Shown here: in pieces, positions 7,546 through 16,838 of the stretch | Layout of the letters: every line of letters begins with the position of its first letter | Numbering within the stretch: the first letter of the stretch is position 1 | Assembly: GCA_964413615.1 (NCBI GenBank) | Contig: CAYPSL010000002.1 | Span: forward strand, 1 to 38,427 | Length of the DNA stretch: 38,427 nt | Source of the DNA: an uncultured Candidatus Saccharibacteria bacterium | GTDB lineage: Bacteria > Patescibacteriota > Andersenbacteria > UBA10190 | Direction: 5' to 3' | Translations under genes and position numbers: made by a program | Notes under the pieces: generated by a model | What the model saw: only the letters and a program-made list of their open reading frames with translations | The model's database searches: none | Told to the model about the DNA's origin: nothing

Positions 7546-8778
7546 ATGCGTATAACAGCTTGTAGGATATGTAATGGACGAAATATTGTTTCTGTGTTGG
7601 ATCTGGGGATGATGCCTGCGCCGAATCGATTTCCTGAGACGGTAAAAGACTTTCAGTCTGAAGAAATGTTTCCGCTCCGGTTTTGTCGTTGTGAAGATTG
7701 CGGTTTGGCGATGATTGATGAGGTTGTTGCGCCAGAAAAGCTTTTTTCTACGTATCACTATTTAACCGCGGCATCTAGCCCTTTGGTTACCCACTTTCGA
7801 GCATTGGCTGAAGAGGTTCAAGAAAATTTTCGTTTAACAAAAAAATCAAAAGTTCTTGATATTGGCGCAAACGATGGCACGCTTTTGCTTGAGTTTCAGA
7901 AACATGGCACCAAAACGCTTGGCATTGATCCAGTAAAAAATGTTGCGCTGATTGCTGAAACTAAGGGGGTGCACGTGTTGCCAGAGTTTTTCTCTCATTC
8001 GTTAGCAAAAAAAGTAAAGAAAAAAGAAGGGCAGTTCGATATTATTACGGCTACAAATGTATTTGCTCATACGCACGATATTCATGATTTTACCAATGGG
8101 GTTAAAGAGTTGCTTGCTCCAAACGGCGTATTTATCGTAGAGTTTGCCCATTTGCTGGAAATGTTCGAACATAAATTCTTCGACGTAATTTATCATGAGC
8201 ATTTGTCATTTTACGCACTGCAGCCCTTGGTTCAATTCTTCGAAGGACATGGAATGAAAATATTTGATGCAAAAAAGATTTTAACCCAAGGAGGTTCACT
8301 CAGAATTTATGTAACCCATGAAAAAAGTAAAAAGCATGATATTTCTCCAGCAATAGCCAAGATCTTAAAAGAGGAGAAAAAACACGGACTCGATAAAAGG
8401 GAATCGTTTGAGAAATTTGCTGATTATGTGCGAGGGTACCAATCATCGCTACGGACTTTGTTGCAAAAACTTAAAATAAAAGGGAAGAAAATTGTAGGCG
8501 TGGGTGCTCCTGCAAAAGGGGTTATATTGCTTAACTATTGTAGGATTGATGGGGATATTATCGATTATTTGGTAGATAGCACTCCCCTGAAGCAACATAG
8601 ATTTCTTCCAGGAGTTCATATTCCTGTGTTTTCTGAGGAGAAATTAGCGGAAGAAAAAATAGATTACTTCGTGATACTCGCGCATAATTTTCAGGATGAA
8701 ATTATTCAAAAGCTTTCCCCGTATCGAGAGCGAGGAGCAAAAATTATCTTGCCATTCCCCAAAATTCATACTATATGA
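7546..8778 (+). CDS. Second zinc-ribbon SAM methyltransferase of the TylCIII / NDP-hexose C-methyltransferase-like family
   Basis: The track start is GTG 7510; ATG 7546 (MRITACRICNG) is preferred. Cys pairs CRICNG ... CEDCGL, then YHYLTAASSPL, VLDIGANDGTLL, YHEHLSFY, IVGVGAPAKGVILLNY ... DYFVILAHNF. Confidence 0.75.
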   Translation: MRITACRICNGRNIVSVLDLGMMPAPNRFPETVKDFQSEEMFPLRFCRCEDCGLAMIDEVVAPEKLFSTYHYLTAASSPLVTHFRALAEEVQENFRLTKKSKVLDIGANDGTLLLEFQKHGTKTLGIDPVKNVALIAETKGVHVLPEFFSHSLAKKVKKKEGQFDIITATNVFAHTHDIHDFTNGVKELLAPNGVFIVEFAHLLEMFEHKFFDVIYHEHLSFYALQPLVQFFEGHGMKIFDAKKILTQGGSLRIYVTHEKSKKHDISPAIAKILKEEKKHGLDKRESFEKFADYVRGYQSSLRTLLQKLKIKGKKIVGVGAPAKGVILLNYCRIDGDIIDYLVDSTPLKQHRFLPGVHIPVFSEEKLAEEKIDYFVILAHNFQDEIIQKLSPYRERGAKIILPFPKIHTI

Positions 8779-9698
8779 ATCTTCCATACTCCCGAGTGCT
8801 CATAACTGGTTGCACGGGATTTATTGGTGCTAGGTTAGCTACTGCTCTTATTAAAAAGGGAATAGATGTTCATGGATTGGGGTTGCCTGGCGGTAAGGGT
8901 GGTAATCTTTTGAACGAGGGTCGTATGCATGAGGGTACTATCACTGATAAGCCTTTTATTGCTTCTCTCATGAAAGAAGTAAAGCCCGAGGTAGTATTTC
9001 ATTTGGCTGCATATGGTACGTTCGGGCATGAGAAAGATGTGCAGCGGATGATAGAGGTAAACATTGGTGGGACTAAAAATATACTTGATGCCAGTATTGA
9101 TGCTGGGGTTACTGCGTTTGTTATGGCTGCTTCTGCAAAGGAGTATGCAACTGGCCGCGTTCCTCATGTAGAGGAAGAAAGGCTCTCTCCTTGGGATGAT
9201 TATGCCGCAACAAAAGCTGCTGCAGAATATTTTTGTCAGTTATTTGCATGGCGAAACCATATTTCAACGACTGCTCTTCGCCTGTCTCCCGTGTATGGTC
9301 CGGGAGATTCAGTATCTCGATTTATTCCCGTTGCTATTGCTTCTGCGCTGTCAGGTAAGCCGTTTACTATCTCTTCTGGGGCACTAGTTAGAAACTTTAC
9401 CTATATTGATGATGTTGTTGATGCGTTTATTCAAGCTTCGCTTCGTACGGGCAGCGAATACGAAGCTTGCAACATAGCTTCTCCAGGCACATATTCTTTT
9501 GAGGATGTTCTATCTGCGGTAGAAGATGCTACTGGTAAAGCTATTACCCGGGTACAGTCTGAACGGCAATCATTAACAGATGATTCTTGGTTGCTTCGGG
9601 CAGATAAGGCAAGGGATCTTCTAGGCTGGGAGGCAAAAATATCTTTACGTGAAGGAGTGGATCGAACGGTCAAGTGGTATACTGAAACACAATTATGA
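8775..9698 (+). CDS. NAD(P)-dependent sugar epimerase/dehydratase (extended SDR)
   Basis: 307 aa. VLITGCTGFIGARL (GxxGxxG) and YAATKAAAE (YxxxK). ATGA overlaps at both ends. Confidence 0.85.
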   Translation: MNLPYSRVLITGCTGFIGARLATALIKKGIDVHGLGLPGGKGGNLLNEGRMHEGTITDKPFIASLMKEVKPEVVFHLAAYGTFGHEKDVQRMIEVNIGGTKNILDASIDAGVTAFVMAASAKEYATGRVPHVEEERLSPWDDYAATKAAAEYFCQLFAWRNHISTTALRLSPVYGPGDSVSRFIPVAIASALSGKPFTISSGALVRNFTYIDDVVDAFIQASLRTGSEYEACNIASPGTYSFEDVLSAVEDATGKAITRVQSERQSLTDDSWLLRADKARDLLGWEAKISLREGVDRTVKWYTETQL

Positions 9699-11302
9699 CA
9701 GAAGCACTATTGCAATCTGCAAAAAAGGGATTTGTTTCTTTTGCACAGAAACTTATGGAGCCGAAGGTGATGGGCATTATTTTAGAGCTCTGCGTTATAG
9801 TAGCGCTCGTTGCTGCTGTCGCGGGCGAGAGAACTATTATTGCAACCCAGCGACGAATTATGCCAGCTGGAGACGTGTTTAATTTCCAAAGCATCGCTCG
9901 TAATATTCGTTATTTGGATTATCCAATGCAAGAAAAACGTTTGCCTGGATTTCCGATAGCAATTTTAATTGGCACAGAGCTTGGATTCGATCCAACGCTC
10001 ACTGGCATTGCTATCAGTATTATTGCCTCTGCAGGGACTACGGTAATTTTATATTTATTGGGGCGCCATTTTAAATGGCCCATTTTTCCCTTAGCCGCAG
10101 CACTACTTCTTACCAGCGTTGCGCCACTCCTTACTATTAATGGGGTTCGGCCGCTTTCGGATAGTTATTTTCTGTTTTTGATTGTCTTTTCGGTGTACAT
10201 GGTCACTGTGGTTCTTCCTACAAAGGCCTGGGCTCTATGGACGGGCTTTGTATTGGCTTTTATGGTGTTTACTCGATACGAGGGTGGCCCTACTGCAGTG
10301 CTATTGCTGCTCCTTCTTCGCTTTAAAATGCCTTGGAGGCTTGTATTGTATGCATGCTTGCCCTTAGCTGTGGGAACTTTGCTTTGGATACCAGTGCTTC
10401 ATCATATTAATGGATCGCTCAGTGAGTTTGGGTATGCAAGGGATGCAAAAGAAGTTGCAAGCCTTGAGACGTTACCTCAGGATTATTTCCGCATTGTTGC
10501 AAGTTCGGGTTTTGGAAACGCTTGGGTAATTGCAGATGCTTGGTCAGAAGATAAGCAAATAAGCGAAGAGGCAAAGAAGTTACCAGAGTCTTTGGGTTGG
10601 TGGCTGAGCGCATTAGCGTCTTTTGGGTTTATTTGGATTATCGTTTCTTTACGCAAGGAAGCGGTACCGCTGTTTGTTGCATTTATTCTATATCCCGTGT
10701 TACCTGCTTGGTGGTTTACCTATAGCAGGTATGTAGCTCCTATGAGCGCCTTTTATTTCTTTTGTATGGCAGGGGGAGCTGTGGGTGTTTGGCAAATAAT
10801 TCAATTTTTATTTAAAAGAGCTCCCGCATTTACTAGGGGCATAGCAGCGGTATTGCTAAGCATCCTTCTTGTTCTCGCAATTTTTGATGTCGCGCCTCTT
10901 TTATACAAGGAAGGGGTTTCTCGGGGATTGGAAAACAATGGAAGGGGATATTCCTTATATAGCGCTCTTCAGTCATTACGTCATAAGTCTAATCGCGTTG
11001 CGGTATCGGCTGACTACCTTATGGCATACATGATGTTTGGAAGCGTCGATAGTCCTAAGGACGGATTAAACGCTGGAAGAGGAATTTATTTTTCGGCAAA
11101 GCCTGAAGCTACTTCCGAAGAGCTCGCAGCATATATGAAAGATAAAAAAATAGATGTTTTAGTTGATAGTGGAGAGCAAGAAGTAAAAGATCTCGTTACA
11201 TATCTAAAAGCGCATGATGGGATTACAAAATCGGAAGTCTTTACCTGGCCACGCCAAGATGGGGATATTGATACTACGTACATTCATCATATTAAGAATT
11301 AG
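9695..11302 (+). CDS. Polytopic membrane protein, GT-C-like candidate
   Basis: 535 aa with many hydrophobic spans. First loop MPAGDVFNFQSIARNI (acidic residue followed by aromatics). Soluble C-terminal domain of about 110 aa. Family not assignable by eye. Confidence 0.5.
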   Translation: MTEALLQSAKKGFVSFAQKLMEPKVMGIILELCVIVALVAAVAGERTIIATQRRIMPAGDVFNFQSIARNIRYLDYPMQEKRLPGFPIAILIGTELGFDPTLTGIAISIIASAGTTVILYLLGRHFKWPIFPLAAALLLTSVAPLLTINGVRPLSDSYFLFLIVFSVYMVTVVLPTKAWALWTGFVLAFMVFTRYEGGPTAVLLLLLLRFKMPWRLVLYACLPLAVGTLLWIPVLHHINGSLSEFGYARDAKEVASLETLPQDYFRIVASSGFGNAWVIADAWSEDKQISEEAKKLPESLGWWLSALASFGFIWIIVSLRKEAVPLFVAFILYPVLPAWWFTYSRYVAPMSAFYFFCMAGGAVGVWQIIQFLFKRAPAFTRGIAAVLLSILLVLAIFDVAPLLYKEGVSRGLENNGRGYSLYSALQSLRHKSNRVAVSADYLMAYMMFGSVDSPKDGLNAGRGIYFSAKPEATSEELAAYMKDKKIDVLVDSGEQEVKDLVTYLKAHDGITKSEVFTWPRQDGDIDTTYIHHIKN

Positions 11303-11308
11303 GTTGTT

Positions 11309-12094
11309 ATGTATAGCGGAGAGCGAATATTACCAAAAAAGATTTTTAATGTTACGTATCAACAAAGCTTGAAAGCGTACGAATTTGCCTCAGAGTATTG
11401 TTATGGTAAGACAGTTCTTGATGTAGCTTCTGGGGAAGGGTATGGAACTTCTTTGCTGGGGAAAAAAGCTTCTCGTGCTATAGGGCTTGATTATAACAAG
11501 GATGCTATTTTACAAGCTAGGAAAAATTACGGAAATACCAATACGGCTTTTGTGCAGGGGGATCTTTTAAATGCCCCAAAAGTATTACGGGAAGAAAGAT
11601 TTGATGTAGTCTGTTGTTTTCAAACTATTGAGCATGTTCGGGATCATGATGTATTTTTGCGATCATTGATGAATGTTACTAAGCCCGGGGGAATAATTTT
11701 AGTCAGTACGCCAAATACTGAAGTTTTCCCAAGTTTCAATCCCTATCATGTTCATGAGGTTGATTGTAAAGAAATAAAAGATTTATTTGGCAGAAACTTC
11801 AAGGATTTTACTCTGTATGGAGTGTTTGGGGATGATGTAGTTATGCAGTATCGCAAAAGTAAGCAGAAAATATCAGATGCTATTTTACAGTTAGATGTAC
11901 TTCGTGCGCGCACGTGGCTTCCTAGGCCGATTCTTATGGGAGTGTATGCTTTTGTGTCATATTTTATGATTAAAAAAATAAGTTTTTTGAAACATTCTAA
12001 GGAAGTTAGCAATATTACTACGAAAAACTTTTATATTGATGAGAATAATGTAGAAAAGGCATTGGATTTTATTGTTATTGCAAAGAACATATGA
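11309..12094 (+). CDS. Class I SAM-dependent methyltransferase with hydrophobic segment after the catalytic domain
   Basis: VLDVASGEGYGT, FDVVCCFQTIEHV, TKPGGIILVSTPN. Later hydrophobic stretch PILMGVYAFVSYFMI. Confidence 0.8.
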   Translation: MYSGERILPKKIFNVTYQQSLKAYEFASEYCYGKTVLDVASGEGYGTSLLGKKASRAIGLDYNKDAILQARKNYGNTNTAFVQGDLLNAPKVLREERFDVVCCFQTIEHVRDHDVFLRSLMNVTKPGGIILVSTPNTEVFPSFNPYHVHEVDCKEIKDLFGRNFKDFTLYGVFGDDVVMQYRKSKQKISDAILQLDVLRARTWLPRPILMGVYAFVSYFMIKKISFLKHSKEVSNITTKNFYIDENNVEKALDFIVIAKNI

Positions 12095-13638
12095 AGAATG
12101 CTCGGCTAGTACAGCTAGTATTTATAGCAGCAATATTTCTTCCTAGGCTTCTAGTCGCTGATGATTTTTTTATTCAAGACGAACAGCCTTGGATAGATAG
12201 GTCGCAGGCATATGTTGATTCGTTGTTCGCGGGGGATTTTGCCGGAGCGGTTCGATATCCACTTTCTAATCATCCGGCAATCACTCTCATGACTACTGTT
12301 GGGCCAGTTATGAATTTTTATGGATCATATCATGGTCTTTCGGGTACCTACGAAGGGTGGCCTACTGACAATAAGCGCGAGGCTGCAGTTTGGGCGCGGT
12401 ATGTTTGGGGTATTGTATGCAGCTGTGTTTTAGTTCTATTGGCAATTGTTGTCTCTAGGATACAGTTTTTTCATGATAAAAAATGGGCAGCTGGATTAGT
12501 GGTAGTTCTTCTTGGCTTAGAGCCATGGATTTGGGGAATTTCAAGGTCAGTAAGTGTTGATGTCCTTATGGCAATTGGGGTTGTAGGAATGCTCTGCTCC
12601 GCAATAATTGCTTATGAACAAAAAAGTATGAAGTGGACAGTATATTCTGGGGCATGGTTTGCTCTGGCCTTTATTTCTAAATCACCAGCGCTTATTACGG
12701 CTCCTCTTGCACTTATTTTAGCTAGTTATATTCCCAAGGGAAATATCAAAGACCAAATTATCCGTATGATTGCATGGATTTTGGGAGCGTTTATTACGGC
12801 TTGCGTTATGTGGCCTCCTTTTGTTCTACATCCCATTACTAGGCTTACAGACGTGCTTGCTCGCGCAGAATTACACTCAACTGTTCAAGAAATATATAAT
12901 TGGCCAGGCGCACACCCCCCATTATTTATTTTTACTCTATCTGCATTCGCTACAATCGGCTGTATCTTGTATATCGTGAGTCGTATAAGGGATATTCGCA
13001 GGCAAGGATGGAAAATCTTCGCACCTGATGTATTACTTATTGCTGGAGTATGGCATGGGGTTCTATTGCTTTATTTGAATGGCGATCATGCTCGAAAAAA
13101 TTTGCCCGTGTTGGCATTATTTGCTTTTGTTGGTGCTTGGGGTTGGGTTTGGTTTATTGGACATCGAAATGTTTCGAAAACAATACTGGTGGGCGGACTC
13201 TTGGTGCTTCAGGGGATTTTTGTTTGGCCCTACTTTCCTCATGTGATCACTTCTTATAATGCTTTATTTCCGTCTTCTAACGGAAAGAGATTGCTTGTCG
13301 ATGTGGGGAATGGTTCGCGACTTATCGCTGATTATATTAATAGTCGTGCCGAAGGATCCGTATACTCTATTCCAATGGACAGTTTAGTCGCCCCTTACCT
13401 AGATGGAAACAAAAGGGATGCTATACGTGGATTTCCTTCGGGGGGAATGCTTATCAATATGGATAAGGATGTAACAGATATTGTTATACCGGCTAGTCTT
13501 CCAGCGCGCATCTCGTTCGACGTTGAAGGCAAGCGTCTTCTTGAGGAGCTATCTCAAAAGAGCCCAAAGGCAATACTTTCCATACGGGATGTTCCTATGT
13601 TTTTGATATATAGTATAGATGATGAAGACCGTATATAA
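12091..13638 (+). CDS. Polytopic GT-C glycosyltransferase, GT39/PMT-ArnT-like; paralogue of the partial gene at 1..300
   Basis: 515 aa. TM1 is followed by FFIQDEQPWIDRSQAYVDSLFAGDF...SNHPAITLM (DE pair), then multiple TM spans and a soluble C-terminal domain of about 130 aa. Confidence 0.6.
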   Translation: MKNARLVQLVFIAAIFLPRLLVADDFFIQDEQPWIDRSQAYVDSLFAGDFAGAVRYPLSNHPAITLMTTVGPVMNFYGSYHGLSGTYEGWPTDNKREAAVWARYVWGIVCSCVLVLLAIVVSRIQFFHDKKWAAGLVVVLLGLEPWIWGISRSVSVDVLMAIGVVGMLCSAIIAYEQKSMKWTVYSGAWFALAFISKSPALITAPLALILASYIPKGNIKDQIIRMIAWILGAFITACVMWPPFVLHPITRLTDVLARAELHSTVQEIYNWPGAHPPLFIFTLSAFATIGCILYIVSRIRDIRRQGWKIFAPDVLLIAGVWHGVLLLYLNGDHARKNLPVLALFAFVGAWGWVWFIGHRNVSKTILVGGLLVLQGIFVWPYFPHVITSYNALFPSSNGKRLLVDVGNGSRLIADYINSRAEGSVYSIPMDSLVAPYLDGNKRDAIRGFPSGGMLINMDKDVTDIVIPASLPARISFDVEGKRLLEELSQKSPKAILSIRDVPMFLIYSIDDEDRI

Positions 13639-15667
13639 GCAGCACATTGCGGCGATTGCCCTTTTTTCTTTTCTTGCCATATTAATGACGTATCCTGTTA
13701 TACGTTTTTTGGGGACGCATGTCGCAGGGTCTGGTGGGGACCCCTGGCAGACTATGTGGCGAATGGAGGTAAAGTCTTCGGGTGGTTTCTCGGCATTTAT
13801 GCGGGATGTGCTGGGGGTAGGTGAGCCTCAGCTTGCAAACCTTTCAACATGGCCCTGGGCGCCATTTCACGCATTTCTTGGGCAGCCATATACCTATAAT
13901 ATAGTTTGGTTACTATCTTTTATCCTCGCTGGGTATGGTATGGCTCTTTTTGTGCAAACGCTTACGAGAGGAAAAAGTATATGGAGCCCTGCTCCCATAT
14001 TGGCGGGAATAGCATATATGTTTATGCCATATCACGTTGCGCATGCACTAGGGCACTTTGGGGCAATGCAGGGGCAATGGATCCCCTTTATAGCCTCCGC
14101 AGCGCTTGTATTTGTTCGTACCTGGAATATTCGCATGGCAATTCTTCTAGGTGGACTATTAACATTGCAGGCTTGGACTGAACATCATTATATCGTATGG
14201 CTATTTTTATTTGGTCTTATTGCTGTTTTTGTATATAGAAAAGAGTTGTATGCGCCGGCAAAGGAGCACGTGCGTGCCGTATGTGTACTAATTTTGATAA
14301 CTGGTTTGGGTGTTGTGCTGCCCTTTGTGCCAACAATTCGTTTGGCTACTCAAAAAAGCGAGGCGCTCAACTTAGGGGTTATACAAACTATTCGTTTTTC
14401 TGCAGATTTGTTCTCTTTTATAACCCCTGCGCCATTTCACCCTATATGGGGGAGCGCTTCTTATGAGTTCTTCGGACAGTACTTTACGGGAAATATTGCT
14501 GAATCCGTACAATACTTGGGAATTGTTGTGTTGTTACCGATCCTCTTTTTTTCTAAGCATATTCCAATAAAGCAGAAAAGGCTTTGGGTGACAGTTGCGT
14601 TATTTTTTGGAATTATGAGTCTTGGTCCTGTGCTGCATATGTTTGGCAATGAGTTTAATATGCCGCTTCCGTATGCAATTCTCGTAAACGCACCCGTTTT
14701 TTCTGCCATTCGAGTTATAGCCCGATCCGGTGTTATGGTTGGGTTTGCAACGGTAGTTTTATTTGGTTGGGTTATTGCAACAAATAAATTACCCCAAAAG
14801 GCCACATTGTTGATAGGCGTACTCTTGCTTGCGGAGTTTGCTTTTTTCCCTTTTCCTATGCAATCAACAACATTATCTCCAGCATACGAGGCGTTGCAGG
14901 GTGTACGGGAGTCTAGAATTATAGAGTTGCCAGCCGCCACAAACTATACCGCAGCCTCACGGTCTTTGTATGCGAGCGCATTTCATAAGAAAGAAGTTTT
15001 TGGAAACATTGCCCTAGAGAGAGGAAAGGCTCCTGATGAGTTTGATCTTGAGAGGTCTGTTCCGGCTATTCGCCAATTACTATTTCTTCGCACAACTGAT
15101 TTGTCGGAAATGCGCAAAGAGTTTTTTGGACAAGATATATCAGAAACTCTTCCTGATGCCATGCAGTGGCTCGATATTGGGGCTATTGTTGTGCATGCCG
15201 ATTCTCTTTCTGAGCTACAAAATCTTTCCATTTTAGAGTTTCTTGAAGATGTGTCGGCTTTTAATCGACAATCATTCGGAGATACGGATGTGTATACAAG
15301 GAAGATTGGCGAAGCAGCAAAAAAAACTGACGGAATGTTCTTGATTCGAGGTGACGGATGGGATAATGTTGGATTCGACCCAAAGCGAGAAAGTGTTTTT
15401 GCGGAAATCCCTTCAATGGCATCGGTAAAAATTGTAAATATGTTTTCAGGCCCTCGTATAGTTACTCTTTCATTTGATCTGCCAGATGAATCGCAACGCA
15501 ATATGCTTGTCCTGAAAGACCAAAATGGAAATACTATGGACCCAGAACTACAAGGGAGTCGCTTGCTGTACAGCTTTCCTATCCCTGCTGGGGAATTTGA
15601 GGTTTCTTTCTCAAATGCGGGTTCCCGGAGTATCATTATTCAAAATCCGCTTTTAAGCGGCATATAG
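13619..15667 (+). CDS. Large polytopic membrane protein with C-terminal soluble domain; GT-C-like candidate
   Basis: 682 aa. The N-terminal 430 aa or so is polytopic, with first loop GSGGDPWQTMW. The C-terminal 230 aa or so is hydrophilic. It overlaps the upstream gene by 20 nt. Confidence 0.45.
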   Translation: MMKTVYKQHIAAIALFSFLAILMTYPVIRFLGTHVAGSGGDPWQTMWRMEVKSSGGFSAFMRDVLGVGEPQLANLSTWPWAPFHAFLGQPYTYNIVWLLSFILAGYGMALFVQTLTRGKSIWSPAPILAGIAYMFMPYHVAHALGHFGAMQGQWIPFIASAALVFVRTWNIRMAILLGGLLTLQAWTEHHYIVWLFLFGLIAVFVYRKELYAPAKEHVRAVCVLILITGLGVVLPFVPTIRLATQKSEALNLGVIQTIRFSADLFSFITPAPFHPIWGSASYEFFGQYFTGNIAESVQYLGIVVLLPILFFSKHIPIKQKRLWVTVALFFGIMSLGPVLHMFGNEFNMPLPYAILVNAPVFSAIRVIARSGVMVGFATVVLFGWVIATNKLPQKATLLIGVLLLAEFAFFPFPMQSTTLSPAYEALQGVRESRIIELPAATNYTAASRSLYASAFHKKEVFGNIALERGKAPDEFDLERSVPAIRQLLFLRTTDLSEMRKEFFGQDISETLPDAMQWLDIGAIVVHADSLSELQNLSILEFLEDVSAFNRQSFGDTDVYTRKIGEAAKKTDGMFLIRGDGWDNVGFDPKRESVFAEIPSMASVKIVNMFSGPRIVTLSFDLPDESQRNMLVLKDQNGNTMDPELQGSRLLYSFPIPAGEFEVSFSNAGSRSIIIQNPLLSGI

Positions 15668-15677
15668 GTCATACAAT

Positions 15678-16838
15678 ATGCATATTTTGATTATTAATTT
15701 TGAATATCCGCCATTGGGCGGAGGGGGTGGGGTTGCAACTGCAGATATTGCAGGAGAATTAGCAAAGCGACACACTGTGCATGTTCTTACGACGGCTTTT
15801 CCGACACTACCTCGCTTTGAAGTTGTTGATGGAGTGCACATTCATCGAGTTCCTGTGCTTGGGAGATTTTCTTTGCCTACCGCGTCTTTCTTTTCGTTAA
15901 TCACATTTGCTCCAGTTGCGTTTTTTGCGGGAGTGTTCATGATGAAAAAAATATCTTTCGATATTATCTATACACAGTTCGTTATTCCATCGGGGTTGCC
16001 TGCTGCGTTATTATCAAAATTGTTTTCGGTTCCTTTTGTTCTGACATTTATTGGAGGAGATATCTACGATCCTTCAAAGGGAATTTCTCCTCATCGGCAT
16101 GCTCTTTTTCGAATGATTATTCGATGGATTGCAGCTCGGGCAACTGTTCGCACGGCAATTTCTCATGATACAAAAACTCGAACAATAGAGCTGCATGGAG
16201 TAAAAAAGGATATTCAAGTAGTTCCTATTGGTTTGAAGAGATTTATTCCACAAGAAGCTACTCGCAAAGAACTGAAATTTTCCGATAAGGATATAGTATG
16301 CGTGTCTATTGGAAGGCTTGTTCCTCGAAAGGGGTATGACGTATTGCTTACTGCATGGAAGGATATACCAGAAGCAAAGCTTGTCATTATTGGTAATGGG
16401 CCATTAAAGGCAGAGCTTTCGCATATGATTAAGAAATATGGTCTTTCCCATAGAGTGCAATTGCTCGGACAGGTTGAAGAAGAGAGAAAGGCTCAATTGC
16501 TACGCATAGCAGATATATACGTTTCTGCTGCTCAGCATGAAGGATTTGGAATTGTCTTTTTGGAGGCAATGAACGCCGGACTCGCAATTGTGGCTGCGAA
16601 TGATGGTGGGCAGCGAGATTTTTTGGAGAATGGAGAAAATGCAATTTTAATTGCTCCGCATGATGCTCGCGCTCTTGTTCGCGCAGTACAAACTCTTATT
16701 AACGATATTCACTTGCGCCACAAGATGGGTACAAAAAACAAGAAAGATGTAGAGAACTATTATATTGACCGTACCGCTGCTCGCATTGAGGAGATTTTAA
16801 TTCGAGCGCATAAGAAATTCTATGAACGTAATAATTGA
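15678..16838 (+). CDS. GT4 family glycosyltransferase
   Basis: 386 aa. ILIINFEYPPLGGGGGVATADIAGELAKRH. EX7E motif EGFGIVFLEAMNAG. Confidence 0.85.
   Translation: MHILIINFEYPPLGGGGGVATADIAGELAKRHTVHVLTTAFPTLPRFEVVDGVHIHRVPVLGRFSLPTASFFSLITFAPVAFFAGVFMMKKISFDIIYTQFVIPSGLPAALLSKLFSVPFVLTFIGGDIYDPSKGISPHRHALFRMIIRWIAARATVRTAISHDTKTRTIELHGVKKDIQVVPIGLKRFIPQEATRKELKFSDKDIVCVSIGRLVPRKGYDVLLTAWKDIPEAKLVIIGNGPLKAELSHMIKKYGLSHRVQLLGQVEEERKAQLLRIADIYVSAAQHEGFGIVFLEAMNAGLAIVAANDGGQRDFLENGENAILIAPHDARALVRAVQTLINDIHLRHKMGTKNKKDVENYYIDRTAARIEEILIRAHKKFYERNN

Noticed and set aside
14983-15636. Long antisense ORFs inside confident genes: 14983..15636 (217 aa), 14461..14940 (159 aa), 18488..18979 (163 aa), 1583..1975 (130 aa), 28029..28424 (131 aa), 35631..36017 (128 aa) and the many 60-115 aa ORFs in the track.
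   Set aside because: Each is fully contained in, and antisense or out of frame to, a gene with clear family motifs. Their translations are Ser/Arg/Cys-rich and low in complexity, with no motifs. This is typical of shadow ORFs.
15716-15732. G-rich run GGGCGGAGGGGGTGGGG, considered as a G-quadruplex or slippery tract.
   Set aside because: It has only three G3+ tracts, so it is not a canonical G4. It simply encodes the conserved glycine-rich loop (PPLGGGGGV) of the GT4 N-terminus.
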